64,000 nt of DNA from a bacterium (GCA_963675295.2 CAXXKJ010000002.1:4288001-4352000), one strand, 5' to 3'; counted from the stretch's first letter, positions 10,035 through 20,752 are shown. Program-made: numbers and translations. Notes: generated from the letters alone by a model not told the origin.

Positions 10035-11831
10035 TCACTTCACCACCACCAGCTTCTGCATCCCAACATCCTCTCCTCCCGCTCGTACGCTAAGGAAATA
10101 CGCCCCGCTCGCCAGTTGGGACACGTCCACCGGTGTCCTGAACTGTCCAGCCGGCACCTGGTTGTGCGTCACCGAGCTCACCTGTCGTCCGAGCACGTCG
10201 AACAGACGGACGTTGATATCCGCCACATCCGGCAGTTCGATCGACAGCAGGCTGCTGTTGATGCTTGGATTCGGGGAGAGGTGGAACGCGTAGTCGTCGT
10301 AGAACTGGTCTGGATCCGGCGCGGCGGGCTCGTCGTCTTCCGCATCGTCGTCATCTTCGATGATGGTGATCGCATTCGCCCACATCCAATCCGGGTCGAG
10401 GAAGTCCGGCACGAAGATCCCATTGGAATCCGGTTCGACGAAGGAAAACGAGCAATGGTCGAACACCAGCCCGAGCACGTTGATCGGTTCCGACACTCCC
10501 TCCTCGCCATCTTTCCACAGATCGGCCCGGCGTCCACTGTTGGCGATGCGCACGTTGTACGGGTAGCTCGTCTCGAACGTACACCGTTCAGCGCGCAGGT
10601 TTGCGCCGGAGTTGATCAGCAGGCCGGAATAGGTTGTCGACAGGTCGTCGTCGTACAGCAACCCGAGGCCGTTGTTCCGGAACGTACACTCCCGCAGCTC
10701 AATCGGTCCGGGTGAGATTTCCCAGAACAGGCCTGACCCGTAATTGTTTTCCATCGTGCAGTTGGCCATGTTGACCGAATCGCTGTAGCGATCGAACCAG
10801 ATCCCGGTGGTGAGATTATCCACTGCGGTCACGTTGTCCATCATGACATTGGCCACGCCGTACAGCTTCATTCCCGCGACCTGCCAGTTGCCCGCATCGA
10901 CGTGGTAGCCACGCCAGTTGTTCTCCGTCAGGCTGACATCGACAAAGTCCAGGTTGAGGCTGAATGACGGCTGGATGCCGTTGTAGCCGTTCCGGGTAGC
11001 GACGGTATTTTCCGCAACGAACGAGTCCATCAGGCTGACCGCGATCCCGTCTTCGACGTTGTCGCGTACCAGGCAGTTGGTGACGGTGAGGTTGTCAGTC
11101 TGGGTGGCGAGAATGCCGGTCTTTGCGTGCTGAACGACGAGGTTCTCCAGCGTGACGGAATTCATCCGCACGAAATTCAGTCCCTGCGGCCGTACCACAG
11201 CTTCGACGGTGTGATCCGCGGGATCGCCACCATCCTCGAGCCACACGTACAACTTGTCATTGTCCTGATCGACGAGAAACGTTCCCGGTCCGGCTTCTTC
11301 CACGGTCAGGATCTGGGTCAGGCGTTGCCCGTCAACCCACACACCTTCCCAACGGGAAACGTATTCCGCGCGATAACTGTTGTCCGGATCATTGCCGTAG
11401 AACCACCAGACAACAGCCTTGTCGTTCTCGTTATAGGGTGGATAGCCTTTGAACAGGTCATACGGCCAGTCGGTGACATACTCAGTCGCGGAGACAGCGG
11501 TCCAGCCGTTCAGAATAGCACTGCCCTTGATCACCGGCCGATCGGTCAGATCTCCCTCGATGATCAGGTCTGCCGGAATGCCGAGCCACCCAGCCTTGGA
11601 CACCTTTTCCCGGTACACTCCCGGTCGCAGATGGATATGCAACACGTCACCGGGTTGATAGTCCACCGCTCGGGTGAGTGCAGTGCTGATGTTGGGGTAG
11701 GGTGCAACGAGGCTGCCATTCCCGGGTGGAGAGGCGTTATCGTCCACGTAAACGTGGTTCACAATAGCCAGTGCGGGAACAGCACACAGAAAAAAGAGCA
11801 CAAACAGAATACGGGGCACAGGCGTTCGCAT
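10035..11831 (-). CDS. Secreted right-handed parallel beta-helix protein with T9SS-type CTD (paralog A)
   Basis: Signal peptide, beta-helix Asn ladders (GIWFD, GLFWEIS), SPNPS...LASGAY CTD. Confidence 0.85.
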   Translation of the reverse strand: MRTPVPRILFVLFFLCAVPALAIVNHVYVDDNASPPGNGSLVAPYPNISTALTRAVDYQPGDVLHIHLRPGVYREKVSKAGWLGIPADLIIEGDLTDRPVIKGSAILNGWTAVSATEYVTDWPYDLFKGYPPYNENDKAVVWWFYGNDPDNSYRAEYVSRWEGVWVDGQRLTQILTVEEAGPGTFLVDQDNDKLYVWLEDGGDPADHTVEAVVRPQGLNFVRMNSVTLENLVVQHAKTGILATQTDNLTVTNCLVRDNVEDGIAVSLMDSFVAENTVATRNGYNGIQPSFSLNLDFVDVSLTENNWRGYHVDAGNWQVAGMKLYGVANVMMDNVTAVDNLTTGIWFDRYSDSVNMANCTMENNYGSGLFWEISPGPIELRECTFRNNGLGLLYDDDLSTTYSGLLINSGANLRAERCTFETSYPYNVRIANSGRRADLWKDGEEGVSEPINVLGLVFDHCSFSFVEPDSNGIFVPDFLDPDWMWANAITIIEDDDDAEDDEPAAPDPDQFYDDYAFHLSPNPSINSSLLSIELPDVADINVRLFDVLGRQVSSVTHNQVPAGQFRTPVDVSQLASGAYFLSVRAGGEDVGMQKLVVVK

Positions 11832-11902
11832 TGAACTACCTCCCTGTCCCCCATCCATACATATTTCTCCCAGCCTTAAATGTAACTCCTATCTATTCCA
11901 AC

Positions 11903-11937
11903 AAAAACAAAACCGGCACAGGTTTCTGTGCCGGTCA
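11903..11937 (-). terminator. Intrinsic terminator after paralog B
   Basis: ACCGGCACAG-aaac-CTGTGCCGGT hairpin followed by a T-run on the minus strand. Confidence 0.75.
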
Positions 11938-12031
11938 GAGCGCTCTGAAAGTGGTCAATTTGCCTGTTCAAAGCCAACACCGGTATCAAAAAGCCCGATG
12001 TTCGCGAGGAGACAGCTGTCCGAATCTCCAG

Positions 12032-13828
12032 TTACTTGATAATGCTGATCTTTTTCGTCGCGATCTGCCTGTCGGCGGCGTAGACGTTAACGAAGTACAT
12101 CCCGCTCGCCAATCGCGAACCGTCGATATTCGCCCGGTGAATCCCGACCGGCACCTGTTCGTACACATCCTCTCGTACCAGCCTGCCGAGAATGTCATAC
12201 ACCCGGATCTTCAAATCGGACACTTCCGGCAACTCAACCGACAGCACTACTGCGGCATTGGAGGGATTCGGGGACGCCGACACCTGGAAGGATCCGCCGA
12301 TATCCGAGAGGAATTGCGGCGGCGTGATCAGGTTCGCCAGCCACTGCGGGGTGATCTGGATGCAATTTGTCCAGAAGTTCTCCGGATCAAGCCAGTGCGG
12401 CACGTAGAAATTGTACCACGGATCCAGATCATGGGTGAAGGTGCAGTAGCTGATCGCTACGTTGTCCACGTCGATCGGTTCCGACATGCCCGACTGGCCC
12501 AGCTCCCACAACGGCGCACACCGCCCACTGTTCGCCATCTCGATGTTGTATGGTTTGTTTTGGTTGAACTGGCAATTGTTAAGCGTCAGGTTGTTGCCGG
12601 AATTAATCAGCAGGCCGGAATAGGTCGTCAACAGATCAGGCTGCTGCGACAGCGCCGCACCATTGTAGCGCACGATGCAATCGGTCATGGTAATCGGCCC
12701 GGGCGAGATTTCCCAGAACAAGCCGGTGCCGTAGTTCGACACCATCCGGCAATTTGTCATCTCCACTCGATCGCTGTACCGGTCGAACCACACACCTGGC
12801 GCGTAGTTGTCGCGCACGTCTACATCGGTCATCGTGACCCCGGAGACACCGTAAAGCTTCGCCCCCGCGACCCGCCAGTTGGCGGCGTTGACATCCGCCC
12901 CGCGCCAGTTGTTTTCCCAGATGTTAACGTACTGCAGCGTGACGTTGTAGCTGAAGGAAGGGTGCAGCCCGTTATAGCCATTCGCGTTGATGTCGGTGTT
13001 GTAGATCGAAAGGCTGTCCAGCCGGCCGGTCATCACCCCTTCCCAGGTGTTTTCCTGCACCAGGCAGTTGCGCAATTCCAGCGAACCGCAGTTGGACGCG
13101 TACACCCCGATCTGGCAGTGCTCGAACACAAGATTCTTCAGGACAACGCTGTACATCTGGTAGAAGTTGGTGCCATACTGGCGGGTGGTGACTTCGACGG
13201 TGCGGCCATTTGGTGTGCCGCCGGGTTCCATGAACAGGTACAGCCAGTCGTTGTTCTGATTTACGATGAATGTCCGGTCCCATCCTTCGCCGGGTCTCAA
13301 GGATTGCCGGGCACGTTCGCCGTCGACCCACATCCCTTCCCAGCGGGAAAGATACACCGCGCGGTAGATGTCATTGGGATCGTTTCCGTAGAACCAGTTG
13401 CAGACATACTTATCGTCCGGGTCCCACTCGGGGTAGCCGGTGTACAGATCGAGATCCCACTCGGTTCTGTAGCGGGATGAGCCCAACGCGTTCCATTCGC
13501 TGAAAACGTCGCTACCTTTGACCACCGGACGGTCATCCGGGTCCATACCTTCGATGATCACTTTAACTTCATCGTCGAGCCAGCCGGATTTGGCGATCGT
13601 TTCGCGGTAATTTCCGGGGAACACGTGGATGTGCAATACATCACCGGAGGGATAGCCGGAGTTGTAACGGAGAGCGTCGTTGATGAACCGGTAAGGCTGA
13701 TCGAGGGTTCCGAGACCGGCGCCGGTAACATCGTCGTCAATGTAGACGTGATGGACTTCTGCCTGCACCTGACTGAAAAATACAAAAATCGAGAATACTA
13801 CAACAGCTGAAAAACCCTGAAATCTCAT
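12032..13828 (-). CDS. Secreted right-handed parallel beta-helix protein with T9SS-type CTD (paralog B)
   Basis: Colinear paralog of 10035-11831 (WFYGNDP, SRWEG, NGYNG, WFDRYSD shared); GGAGG RBS. Confidence 0.85.
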   Translation of the reverse strand: MRFQGFSAVVVFSIFVFFSQVQAEVHHVYIDDDVTGAGLGTLDQPYRFINDALRYNSGYPSGDVLHIHVFPGNYRETIAKSGWLDDEVKVIIEGMDPDDRPVVKGSDVFSEWNALGSSRYRTEWDLDLYTGYPEWDPDDKYVCNWFYGNDPNDIYRAVYLSRWEGMWVDGERARQSLRPGEGWDRTFIVNQNNDWLYLFMEPGGTPNGRTVEVTTRQYGTNFYQMYSVVLKNLVFEHCQIGVYASNCGSLELRNCLVQENTWEGVMTGRLDSLSIYNTDINANGYNGLHPSFSYNVTLQYVNIWENNWRGADVNAANWRVAGAKLYGVSGVTMTDVDVRDNYAPGVWFDRYSDRVEMTNCRMVSNYGTGLFWEISPGPITMTDCIVRYNGAALSQQPDLLTTYSGLLINSGNNLTLNNCQFNQNKPYNIEMANSGRCAPLWELGQSGMSEPIDVDNVAISYCTFTHDLDPWYNFYVPHWLDPENFWTNCIQITPQWLANLITPPQFLSDIGGSFQVSASPNPSNAAVVLSVELPEVSDLKIRVYDILGRLVREDVYEQVPVGIHRANIDGSRLASGMYFVNVYAADRQIATKKISIIK

Positions 13829-14213
13829 GCGACTCAACCTCCACGGCGACCGCGGCCCGCAAAATATATGAATCCAGTCCGCCTACTCCCCCGGAGAAGC
13901 AACAATAACGATAATACTTCTAAGCGGAATTACCAAAAAGAGACGCTTGCAGTTTCTGCATTTCGTACTCCAAAATCAAGGGTCGGCTCTCGAGAAGTTA
14001 CAATAATGATGCGAACGCTAGTGTTTATGGGCTTTGAGCCGTTTTCGGCGTGACTCCAGGTTATTATTATGATATTTCTTTCTCTATTGTTAGTGTTTTA
14101 GTTGAAAAGACTGTCAATTGAGACGAGCGTAATAGTCATAAAAAACGTGGTGCGATTGCGTCTGATTGCAGTGAACCTCGGCTAATTGTACCGGCCTGTT
14201 GAAAGGACACGGG

Positions 14214-15110
14214 ATGCTCGATTTCCCAGTCAGTGGTGTTGAAACGTGGTGGTGGTTTCCGTTGCTGGTGGCGTTCTGCATATCGGCAACGACCTCGCTC
14301 GGCGGGTTGTCCGGTGCGTTTTTGTTGTTGCCGTTTCAGGTGAGTGTGCTCGGCTTTACCGGCCCGGCGGTCTCCTCCACCAACCTGCTGTACAATGTCG
14401 TCGCGACTCCGGCGGGCGTGGTGGCGATCATCCGGGAGAAGCGGATGGTGTGGCCGTTGGCGCTGGTTTTGGGTGCTGGCACACTGATTGGGGTGTTTCT
14501 CGGGGCGTATGTCCGGATCGCATTGTTGCCCGATGTGCGCGGCTTCAAGCTGTTTGTCGCGATGGTGCTGTTGTACATCGCCGGCCGGTTGCTGCACAGC
14601 GCGTTGCAGCGGACCTCTGCACGCAAGGCTGCCCCCACGGATCGGTTTGAGGTGACGAATACCCGGGTAACACTCCGCCATATCGGGTTTTCGTTCCATG
14701 GAGACGAGTACCAGCTCTCAACGCCGTTCATCTTCCTGCTCAGCGCGGTGGTGGGGGTAGTCGGCACGACCTATGGCATCGGCGGCGGGGCGATCATCGC
14801 GCCGTTCCTCGTCTCGGTGTTCCGGGTGCCGGTGTATGCGATCTCGGGCCCGGCGTTTTTGTCGACGTTCATCTCGTCGGTGGGCGGGGTGGTGGCGTAC
14901 AGCCTGTTTGACCTGCTCGGTTTGTCGCACGGCCTCAATTTGCACCCGGACTGGCTGCTGGGGGTGTTGCTCGGCATCGGCGGCTTCTGCGGAATTTACC
15001 TCGGGTCACGCCTGCAACGGTTTGTCCCGGCACGGATCATCAAGCTGGTGATTTTCGCGGCGATCTCGTTTGTCGTGGTGAAATACGTGGTGGAGTTTTT
15101 CCAGGGATGA
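14214..15110 (+). CDS. Sulfite exporter TauE/SafE family membrane protein
   Basis: GGLSGAFLLLPFQ and YGIGGGAIIAPFL repeats, about 8 TM helices. Confidence 0.85.
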   Translation: MLDFPVSGVETWWWFPLLVAFCISATTSLGGLSGAFLLLPFQVSVLGFTGPAVSSTNLLYNVVATPAGVVAIIREKRMVWPLALVLGAGTLIGVFLGAYVRIALLPDVRGFKLFVAMVLLYIAGRLLHSALQRTSARKAAPTDRFEVTNTRVTLRHIGFSFHGDEYQLSTPFIFLLSAVVGVVGTTYGIGGGAIIAPFLVSVFRVPVYAISGPAFLSTFISSVGGVVAYSLFDLLGLSHGLNLHPDWLLGVLLGIGGFCGIYLGSRLQRFVPARIIKLVIFAAISFVVVKYVVEFFQG

Positions 15111-15155
15111 AAGAGGTAATCGGTTGTCGGTTATGGGTAGTCGGTAGTTTTTCGG

Positions 15156-15209
15156 TCGGGGATCGGGGATCGGGGATCGGGGATCGGGGATCGGGGATCG
15201 GGGATCGGG
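15156..15209. repeat. Heptamer microsatellite (TCGGGGA)x7.7
   Basis: Read directly from sequence. Confidence 0.95.
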
Positions 15210-15229
15210 CAGAGAAGGTAAAAATTGAA

Positions 15230-15255
15230 TTACCACGGACTTCAGTCCGTGGTAA
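15230..15255. repeat. REP-like palindrome TTACCACGGACTTCAGTCCGTGGTAA (second copy 19393-19420)
   Basis: Near-perfect inverted repeat; both copies follow heptamer tracts. Confidence 0.85.
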
Positions 15256-15481
15256 GTAGTTCCTCGCACTTCAGCCCTGACGACTGATTTCCTTGCAATC
15301 TGAAAACGGGACAGCAGGTCATTCCGAACGGAACGAAGAGAAGTGAGGAAGAGCCAGCTCCGCCAACCATTGTGAAATGTAACCTGTTGATAATCTGGAC
15401 CTTCTTCAGGTGCAAACGGACGCACCTTCAGAATGACTTACCTGCCCGCCAACCGCCGACCGCAGCCCGCAGTCCATCTTT

Positions 15482-16315
15482 TCAAAGCACCTCCGTCACT
15501 TCCTGGTACGTCCCGAACTCGAAATCGTTCAGCATCCGCAGCAGGCGCGGCTCGGTGCGTTTCAGGTTCTGGTAGTGGAGGAACTTCGAGACGGGATCGA
15601 GCCCACGGACGCGCGGTTGTTCCGGATCAATTTCCCACGGGTGCAGGTAGAAGCAGAACGGCCGCCCTTCCTGTTCGATCTTTTCGATGGCCCAGCGGGT
15701 GACGCTGTACGGCAGCAGCCGGAAATAGCCGCCGCCGGCGACCGGCATCACACGTCCCGCGACCTCGACCACGGACGGCGGGATCTCGATAATCTCCTGT
15801 CCGTTCGACAGCCGCCGCAGATGCGGCCGTGGCGGCGTGCCGGCGATACCATAGCGCCGCCGTTCGAACGGGAAGATGCTGGTGTCGTAGGTGAAACCGA
15901 GTTCGGCGAGGATTTCCAGCGCCCACAACGATCCGCGGGTGATCGAAAAATTGGACGCGCGGTAGCCTTTGACCTCCACCCCGGCGACATCCTCGATCAA
16001 CTGCTTCGATTCGATCATTTCTTCGCGGAATTCGTCCGGTGTCATCGTGTACACCAGCTGGTGCAGCATCCCGTGGCTGGCGATTTCATGGCCGGCGTCC
16101 GCGACGGCACGGATCAGATCGGGGTTCTTTTCGGCGACCCAACCGAGGACGAAAAAGGTGGCGCGGGTGTTGTGGTCGGCGAGAATTTCGAGCAGACGGC
16201 GGACATTCCCATCCACACGGCTTTCCCGTTCCTCCCAGCTGCTTTGCGGGATGACGCTGGTCAGATTGAGGACGTGGAACCAGTCTTCGAGGTCAATGGA
16301 GAACGCGTGCCGCAC
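15482..16315 (-). CDS. Polysaccharide deacetylase (XrtA-system/DUF3473 type, CE4)
   Basis: FSIDLEDWF, ATFFVLGWVA, HEIASHG, GGGYFRLLPY, FYLHPWEIDP; GTG start. Confidence 0.9.
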   Translation of the reverse strand: MRHAFSIDLEDWFHVLNLTSVIPQSSWEERESRVDGNVRRLLEILADHNTRATFFVLGWVAEKNPDLIRAVADAGHEIASHGMLHQLVYTMTPDEFREEMIESKQLIEDVAGVEVKGYRASNFSITRGSLWALEILAELGFTYDTSIFPFERRRYGIAGTPPRPHLRRLSNGQEIIEIPPSVVEVAGRVMPVAGGGYFRLLPYSVTRWAIEKIEQEGRPFCFYLHPWEIDPEQPRVRGLDPVSKFLHYQNLKRTEPRLLRMLNDFEFGTYQEVTEVL

Positions 16316-16436
16316 AGCAAAATCCCTTGTTTCATACGGTCGAACGGAAGATAGGGAGCGCAGCTGTCTCCGGCTCGTGACAGCGGTTCCCTCGTGCCGT
16401 ATGTTGAGCACGATGGAAGCTAACCGAGAGATCCCG

Positions 16437-16889
16437 ATGCGACGCATTGTTTTGCTTTTCGTACTCCCCGTGCTCCTGTCGGCACTGCTGTTTGCCGGCT
16501 GTGAGGAAGACAGTAGCCCGGGCGACACCAGCGACCAGCCGTATGTGGGTCACCCGTTGGTCGGAACGTGGCTGCAGCTGGGCACGACGTACCACTATGA
16601 CGGCGACGACGACCTGGACGAGCCCTCCCCCGATTCGACGTGGTTCACCTTCAACGCCAGCGGCACCGCGGTGTATAAGCAATCGTGGCAGGGCGGGTAT
16701 CACGAACAGTTGTACGAATGGTCGGTGGCGGACACGTTGCTGACGCTGAATTCCGACATCTCGCTGAACACCGGCGTGTTTGCCTACGAGGTTGCCGCCG
16801 ATACGTTCCGCTACACCCTCCAGCTCAGCGAACCCGCCGGAGACGGCCTCACCGGCTGGACATACGCGTACCGCAGGTTGCACGAGTAG
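16437..16889 (+). CDS. Lipoprotein, lipocalin-like
   Basis: Lipobox FAGC; LVGTW motif. Confidence 0.7.
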   Translation: MRRIVLLFVLPVLLSALLFAGCEEDSSPGDTSDQPYVGHPLVGTWLQLGTTYHYDGDDDLDEPSPDSTWFTFNASGTAVYKQSWQGGYHEQLYEWSVADTLLTLNSDISLNTGVFAYEVAADTFRYTLQLSEPAGDGLTGWTYAYRRLHE

Positions 16890-16968
16890 TCCCCCGCCTA
16901 TCCGGGCAGTACCAGCGAGTATTGAACGAAGCGTGGCCCGGCTTGGCGTGTTTATCCAAGTCGGGTGT

Positions 16969-17127
16969 CAAATCCAGGGGACATCTGCGGGCACTGGGGA
17001 ATGTTGGTACGGTGAATTCCACGCGGGATCGCTCACAGCATGAGATTCGGCAAAACGTCTGGTCTGTGCCGGCAGGTGTCCCCGAATTCTGCAACCCGCG
17101 ATAGCCGCTGATACAGACCAGCGGACA
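16969..17127. repeat. About 160-bp dispersed element with long inverted arms, copy 1
   Basis: First 39 bp identical to 20175-20213; GGGGACATCTGCGGGCAC...GTGCCGGCAGGTGTCCCC arms. Confidence 0.85.
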
Positions 17128-17238
17128 GCCATCCGTGGCAGGACTGATTGGCAGAAGCTTCCCCAAGTTCACGTTTGTTGAATTCCACAAAATCTATCAC
17201 TAGGTTATTTAATTATCACGACTTGAATGGGAGAAATC

Positions 17239-18132
17239 ATGCGTCACGCCGCAACCTCCGCTGTCATCCTGCTCGCAACCCTGGCCCTTCTCATGCTAAC
17301 CGGCTGTCCAGGTATTGATAGACCAGACGAGTTTGAGAGTTTCACCGAGGACGACATTATCGGCGTCTGGTCGCTGACGTGGATGGCGACTGACAGCAAC
17401 CGGGTGGATGAAACATACCGTGTGCTGCCCGGTTCATTCGGCTGGAGCATCCGTCGGAACGGCGATTCGTTGCGGGTGAAGTATTTCAGCATGGGGGAAC
17501 TGCAGTACGTGCGAAACGCGTATTATGACGGCGATTCCCTCTGGCTGGCGTATCCGGAATACGCGGACAACCGTCACAGCCCGATCCACCTGGTGCCGGA
17601 CGGCGAGTTCCTGCGCACCACCTACGACGGGCACTATTACGAAAACGCCGAGTATTATCCGGATCGGCTGCACGTCCTCTACGAATCCATGCCGCTCGAC
17701 CACGCGTTCGAATATCCGATGAGTGACGCACTGGCCGAACAAATCCTCGCAAAATGGGATTTCGCGCTCTACGATTCGCTCTGCTTCGAGCTCGCGCAGT
17801 TGGAACCTGCTGATATCTTCGACCCCGTTGGCGGTTTCACCGGCACCCGTAACGACTGGACCCAACTCAGCGCCTACATGAAATCCAGCTACGTCTGGAA
17901 TGGAAGCTTCGATATCTTCGACGCCGGGGACGACCGTCACCTGGCGTACGCCGCCTTGTGCCGGCCGGAAGCTGCGGGGATTGGCTGGACGGACTGGGCG
18001 GAAGGCCGTTCGCTGGACGAGATCATCGCCATCCTCGAGGATAACGACTGGCAGTGGCCCGGCGGCAGCGAGGACTTCGTCGCCATTCTGGAGGATCTGC
18101 ACGTCTGGTGGCGCTATCCCGGGCGAGAGTAA
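17239..18132 (+). CDS. Hypothetical lipoprotein
   Basis: Lipobox LTGC after a hydrophobic stretch. Confidence 0.7.
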   Translation: MRHAATSAVILLATLALLMLTGCPGIDRPDEFESFTEDDIIGVWSLTWMATDSNRVDETYRVLPGSFGWSIRRNGDSLRVKYFSMGELQYVRNAYYDGDSLWLAYPEYADNRHSPIHLVPDGEFLRTTYDGHYYENAEYYPDRLHVLYESMPLDHAFEYPMSDALAEQILAKWDFALYDSLCFELAQLEPADIFDPVGGFTGTRNDWTQLSAYMKSSYVWNGSFDIFDAGDDRHLAYAALCRPEAAGIGWTDWAEGRSLDEIIAILEDNDWQWPGGSEDFVAILEDLHVWWRYPGRE

Positions 18133-18299
18133 GACAGTCGTAGTTTCGATCTTCGTGGCTGGCCTACCGGATTCACTCGCCTGTCTGAATGCAATCTGTC
18201 TCCCCGGGATCTGCCGCGGCTCCGTTGCGCGGGGGGACGCAGGCTGCTACGTTCCCGTCATTAACGACACCGTACCCACCTGACCGGGAAGTCCGTTTC

Positions 18300-19322
18300 A
18301 TGAGCGAGAAGAAGCCAGCGACGTACAAGGATGCCGGGGTTGACATTGACGCCGGCGAGGAGCTGATCCGGCGGATCAAGCCGGCGGTGAAGAAAACCTT
18401 CGGGCCGGAAGTCGCCAGCGACCTCGGGTTGTTCGGCGGCGCGTTCCGGCTGGACACCTCCGGGATGACCGATCCGGTGCTGATCAGCAGCACGGACGGC
18501 GTCGGCACCAAGACGTTGGTCGCGACCTGGGCCAACCGTCACCGGAACATCGGCCGCGACCTGGTGCACCATTGCATCAACGACATCTTCACCGGCGGCG
18601 CGCGTCCCCTCTTCTTCCTCGACTATTTCGCGACGTCGAAGCTGGATGTGGACGTCGCCGAGGCGGTGATCGGCGGGCTGGCGGAAGCGTGCGCGGATTC
18701 GAAAGTCGCGCTGGTCGGAGGTGAGACGGCGGAAATGCCGTCCGTCTACCACGAGGGCGGGTACGATCTCGCCGGCACGATTGTCGGTGTCGTCGACGCA
18801 GCAAACATGATCGACGGCTCGAAGATCCAGGAAGGCGACATGCTGATCGGGCTGCCGTCCAGCGGGCTGCACACGAACGGCTACACGCTTGCGCGCAAGG
18901 TGCTGATCGAGCAGACCGATTTTACGCCGACGGACGTGCTGCCGGGTATGAATGTGGACCTCGCGGACGCTCTGCTCGCGCCGCACACGTGCTACGCCTG
19001 CACCGTTTCACGGTGGCTCGACAAGCGGCTGCCGGTGCATGGCATGGCGCACATCACCGGCGGCGGCATCGAGGGCAACACAAAACGCATCATCCCGGAC
19101 GGCCTGCGCGCGGAGATCGAGTGGGACCGTTGGGAATGGCCGCAACTGTTCCAGCACATTCACGAGATGGGCGAGGTGCCGGTGGAGGATATGCGGCGCA
19201 CGTTCAACCTCGGCGTCGGCTGGGTGCTGATTTTGCCGGCGTGGCGTGCGAAGGAATTGATCATCCACTCGATCAACTCGGACCTGCGTCCCTTCCGTAT
19301 CGGGACTGTAGTGAAAGACTAG
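18300..19322 (+). CDS. purM: Phosphoribosylformylglycinamidine cyclo-ligase
   Basis: TYKDAGVDI, STDGVGTK, GGETAEMP, SSGLHTNGY, HITGGG. Confidence 0.97.
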   Translation: MSEKKPATYKDAGVDIDAGEELIRRIKPAVKKTFGPEVASDLGLFGGAFRLDTSGMTDPVLISSTDGVGTKTLVATWANRHRNIGRDLVHHCINDIFTGGARPLFFLDYFATSKLDVDVAEAVIGGLAEACADSKVALVGGETAEMPSVYHEGGYDLAGTIVGVVDAANMIDGSKIQEGDMLIGLPSSGLHTNGYTLARKVLIEQTDFTPTDVLPGMNVDLADALLAPHTCYACTVSRWLDKRLPVHGMAHITGGGIEGNTKRIIPDGLRAEIEWDRWEWPQLFQHIHEMGEVPVEDMRRTFNLGVGWVLILPAWRAKELIIHSINSDLRPFRIGTVVKD

Positions 19323-19326
19323 CGGC

Positions 19327-19387
19327 GAGTGATGAGTGATGAGTGATGATTGGTGAGTGGTGAGTGATGTGTGATGAGTGGTGAGTA
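19327..19387. repeat. Degenerate heptamer tract (GAGTGAT/GAGTGGT)n
   Basis: Directly after the purM stop; similar tracts at about 9998-10031 and 28190-28226. Confidence 0.85.
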
Positions 19388-19606
19388 CATTTATTACCAC
19401 GGACTTAAGTCCGTGGTAATGGCAAGAACCGGGGACACTTACTCCGCTAAGTGTCCCCGGCTCTGTTTGGGTTAGGGTTGGTTCTGTTCACAGCTCACCG
19501 CTCACAGCTCAGAGCTGGTCTCCACAGAGCAAAGGGACAGCCCGGTTCCGCAGGACTATCCCGTTGTTTTTCTCAAGACTCAAGACTCAGGACTCGCGAC
19601 TCAGGA

Positions 19607-20032
19607 CTAGAGAAGAGTCGCCTCAACCTTGATCTCGACGGCGGCGAGCGCCTGCGACACCGGGCAGCCGGTCTTGGTCGCGGTGGCAAACTCCTGGAAC
19701 GTGTCGTTGTCGATGCCCGGCACCTTGGCTTCGGTGGTCAGTTCGATCAGGGTGATGCTGAATCCGGCTTCACCCTTGGTCAAGTGGACCTTGGCGCTGG
19801 TGTTGACCTGTTCCGGGTTGTGACCAGCAGTGGCGAGTCCATGCGCGAGGGCCATCGAGTAGCAGCCGGCGTGCGCGGCGGCGATCAGCTCTTCCGGGTT
19901 GGTGCCAGTGCCTTCCTCGAAGCGTGAAGTGGCTGAGTACTGGCCCTCGAAGGCGCCGCCACCAAATTTCATCGTTCCGTTTCCGTGCGGCAGGTCACCG
20001 TTCCAGGTCGCGTTGGCTGTCCGTTTCGGCAT
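19607..20032 (-). CDS. osmC: OsmC family peroxiredoxin
   Basis: [19 protein letters not shown] and CPVS motifs. Confidence 0.93.
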   Translation of the reverse strand: MPKRTANATWNGDLPHGNGTMKFGGGAFEGQYSATSRFEEGTGTNPEELIAAAHAGCYSMALAHGLATAGHNPEQVNTSAKVHLTKGEAGFSITLIELTTEAKVPGIDNDTFQEFATATKTGCPVSQALAAVEIKVEATLL

Positions 20033-20174
20033 GGGGGATTCCTTTCGTGTCGTGTCGTTGTGTATCGGGATGATGGTTCGTTGACTGGTTGTGTCGAATG
20101 CGTCACGAGTATACGTCCGGCGGGGTTCCGTGGGATGCGCGAAGACGGGGAGCCGCCGAGCTCGGAGCCCCTGG

Positions 20175-20331
20175 CAAATCCAGGGGACATCTGCGGGCAC
20201 TGGGGAATGTTGGCTGGTGAAAAGACGCTGGATCGCTCACCGCAGGGATTCAGAAAAACATTTCGACTGTGCCGGCAGGTGTCCCCGGATTGTGTCAACC
20301 CCCGATTGCCGCTGAAACGGACCAGCAGACA
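20175..20331. repeat. About 160-bp dispersed element with long inverted arms, copy 2
   Basis: Homologous to 16969-17127. Confidence 0.85.
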
Positions 20332-20527
20332 ATCACGGGCACGTTGTCTGTTGAGCCCCAAGCCCGGAGCCCAGAGCCTGCTGTTCGAGTCCCGAGCCCG
20401 CCTTTCACCCCTCCTCGCGGAGTCCTGCGGGGGTTGCGGAACCGCCGTTTCCATGCGTTATCTTCCGTGTCACTGTAAAAACGTTCCACCCGGTCATGCG
20501 CCGGGTTTGCAAGCGAAGGAGTGAAGC

Positions 20528-20698
20528 ATGGCCGCCAAGGGTGCGCGTGAAAAGATCCGGCTGGTATCATCCGCCGGGACCGGTCATTTCTACACGACGT
20601 TCAAGAACCGTCGCAACACGACTGGCAAGATGGAGATCAAGAAGTACGATCCGACCATCAAGAAGCATGTGCTGTACAAGGAATCCAAGATCGGGTAA
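20528..20698 (+). CDS. rpmG: 50S ribosomal protein L33 (Cys-free form), absent from the ORF track
   Basis: Manual translation [56 protein letters not shown]; AGGAG RBS. Confidence 0.97.
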   Translation: MAAKGAREKIRLVSSAGTGHFYTTFKNRRNTTGKMEIKKYDPTIKKHVLYKESKIG

Positions 20699-20727
20699 CG
20701 CTCGATTCTGGTTCGATTGATTGTCTC

Positions 20728-20752
20728 AAGCTCCCCTCGGGGAGCTTTTTTC
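20728..20752 (+). terminator. Intrinsic terminator after rpmG
   Basis: AAGCTCCCC-tc-GGGGAGCTT followed by a T-run. Confidence 0.85.

Noticed and set aside
20350-20405. tRNA suggested by GTTCGAGTCCC
   Set aside because: No T-stem pairing or cloverleaf; it is part of a degenerate AGCCC.. heptamer tract
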